This document shows, one piece after another, positions 60,051 to 60,822 of a DNA stretch of 60,822 nucleotides; position 1 is the stretch's first letter; every line of letters begins with the position of its first letter. Position numbers and translations under genes: made by a program. The notes below the pieces were generated by a model. The model saw nothing but the letters and a program-made list of their open reading frames with translations. It had not been told where the DNA came from and made no database searches. Source of the stretch: an uncultured Bacteroidota bacterium. GTDB lineage: Bacteria > Bacteroidota > Bacteroidia > 2-12-FULL-35-15. The DNA is taken from NCBI GenBank assembly GCA_903919535.1, contig CAIXIP010000081.1, positions 1-60,822 on the forward strand, read 5' to 3'.

Positions 60051-60454
60051 GAGTTACGTGATTTCCAAAAGCCAATACAAATTAATAGATTATACAGGAT
60101 ATTTAATGGCGAATTAATAAATGAATAAAGAATGTAAAAATCTTCTTTTGGAAGAGATTTGTTTACTACAAACAAAACCATATTGCCCGAAAAGTAAATA
60201 AGAATGGCAGAATTTATCCAAAAAAAAGGCATAGCTACAATGTTTTCAAAAATTAAATGCCTAATTATAAAGAAAAATGAAGCAAGTGAAATGATGATAA
60301 AAAAAGACGATTCGATGGTAACTGAAAAATTATCCATCTCATTAATTCCATTTAATTTATTGTCAAAATAATTTATTAGATAAAAGCATGGTAATAGCAG
60401 ATATAGAAATTTTAGTTTAAAATATTGTCTGTAAAAAAGCACGTAAAATAAGGT
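60047..60454 (-). pseudogene. 5'-truncated multi-TM membrane protein coupled to the kinase
   Basis: PFFWINSAILIYFSGN, YNLLICIGFWK; 4-nt overlap with kinase start; frame closed upstream by TAA at 60457-60455 where sequence character changes. Confidence 0.6.
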
Positions 60455-60696
60455 TTATTGAGGTAAAAAGCGTAAAAGTCAGAGACTTATCAGAAACAAA
60501 TAATTTAGATGTACAACCAGAAGATAATTTAACCTTTGCAAAATGGTCAAAATTTGTAATTAGCGTGGAAACTTATTTAAAACATAAAAATATTCCGAAA
60601 GAAACAAAATGGCAAATAGATCTAGCTTGTGTTTATATAAATACCGAAACAAGGGAGGGGAGAGTGAAGCTACTTGAGAATATACATAAGGAATAG
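60421..60696 (+). pseudogene. yraN: Start-less YraN (UPF0102) family fragment, not in ORF track
   Basis: My translation: NIVCKKARKIRFIEVKSVKVRD...PEDNLTFAKWSKFVISVETYL...WQIDLACVYINTETREGRVKLLENIHKE*; FIEVK and WQ.D motifs. Confidence 0.75.
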
Positions 60697-60711
60697 GGGA
60701 GAGTTGAGAGT

Positions 60712-60752
60712 AAATACAAAATACACAGGAATTTCCTGTGTATTTTGTATTT
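60712..60752. terminator. Bidirectional terminator hairpin
   Basis: Perfect 20-bp IR aaatacaaaatacacaggaa/ttcctgtgtattttgtattt. Confidence 0.85.
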
Positions 60753-60770
60753 TGTCGGAGTGCCGGGAGT
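60753..60770 (-). tRNA. 3' fragment of a tRNA-Pro (T-stem 3' half, acceptor 3' half, discriminator)
   Basis: Minus strand ACT-CCCGG-CACTCCG-A-CA; CACTCCG-A complements the typical tRNA-Pro 5' CGGAGTG; TTCG of the T-loop absent. Confidence 0.55.
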
Positions 60771-60822
60771 TTCTTCCACAAATACTTTTTTGTCGTCACA
60801 AAAAAGTTTCGCGGACCGCTCC
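60766..60822 (-). other. Long structured hairpin joined to the tRNA fragment (runs off window end)
   Basis: 4-bp + 8-bp (two G-U, minus strand only) + 10-bp perfect stem with GACG loop. Confidence 0.65.

Noticed and set aside
60560-60799. 79-aa minus-strand ORF as the frameshifted 5' half of the membrane protein
   Set aside because: It is the antisense shadow of the YraN fragment, terminator and tRNA piece; the + frame has real family motifs

Overview
AT-rich chromosomal window from a Bacteroidota bacterium, judged from SprA/T9SS cargo, TAnnTTTG -7 promoters and the lack of obvious Shine-Dalgarno motifs. It holds about 54 CDS. Conserved housekeeping blocks (pyk-IPExxxVDY-rnc-fabF-acpP/purN-marC-rnhA; panD-flippase-rfaE2-radA; maeB-ruvA-sprA-gcvH-vanZ-elaA) alternate with secreted/T9SS cargo genes (two tandem paralog pairs, an LRR protein, Omp28 proteins). 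The best candidate for an uncharacterised system is a surface thiol-redox cluster at 48.5-53.5 kb: T9SS-exported Omp28 (CxxC), TlpA (CxxC), a DUF6029-like beta-barrel (CxGGxC) and an Omp28 lipoprotein (CxxC). It lies divergent from a ~500-aa helical-repeat protein and a small PorA-like CTD protein. Other highlights: an SQR-TusE/DsrC-DsrE2 sulfur module with a perfect 24-bp operator-like palindrome near -41; a split-sensor two-component system; and many apparently leaderless genes. The last ~400 bp switch abruptly to a start-less YraN fragment of Patescibacteria-like style, followed by a tRNA-Pro 3' fragment fused to a long hairpin, which points to a chimeric junction or foreign DNA. No rRNA, complete tRNA, CRISPR array or transposase was seen. 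All family names come from motif recognition, not database searches.
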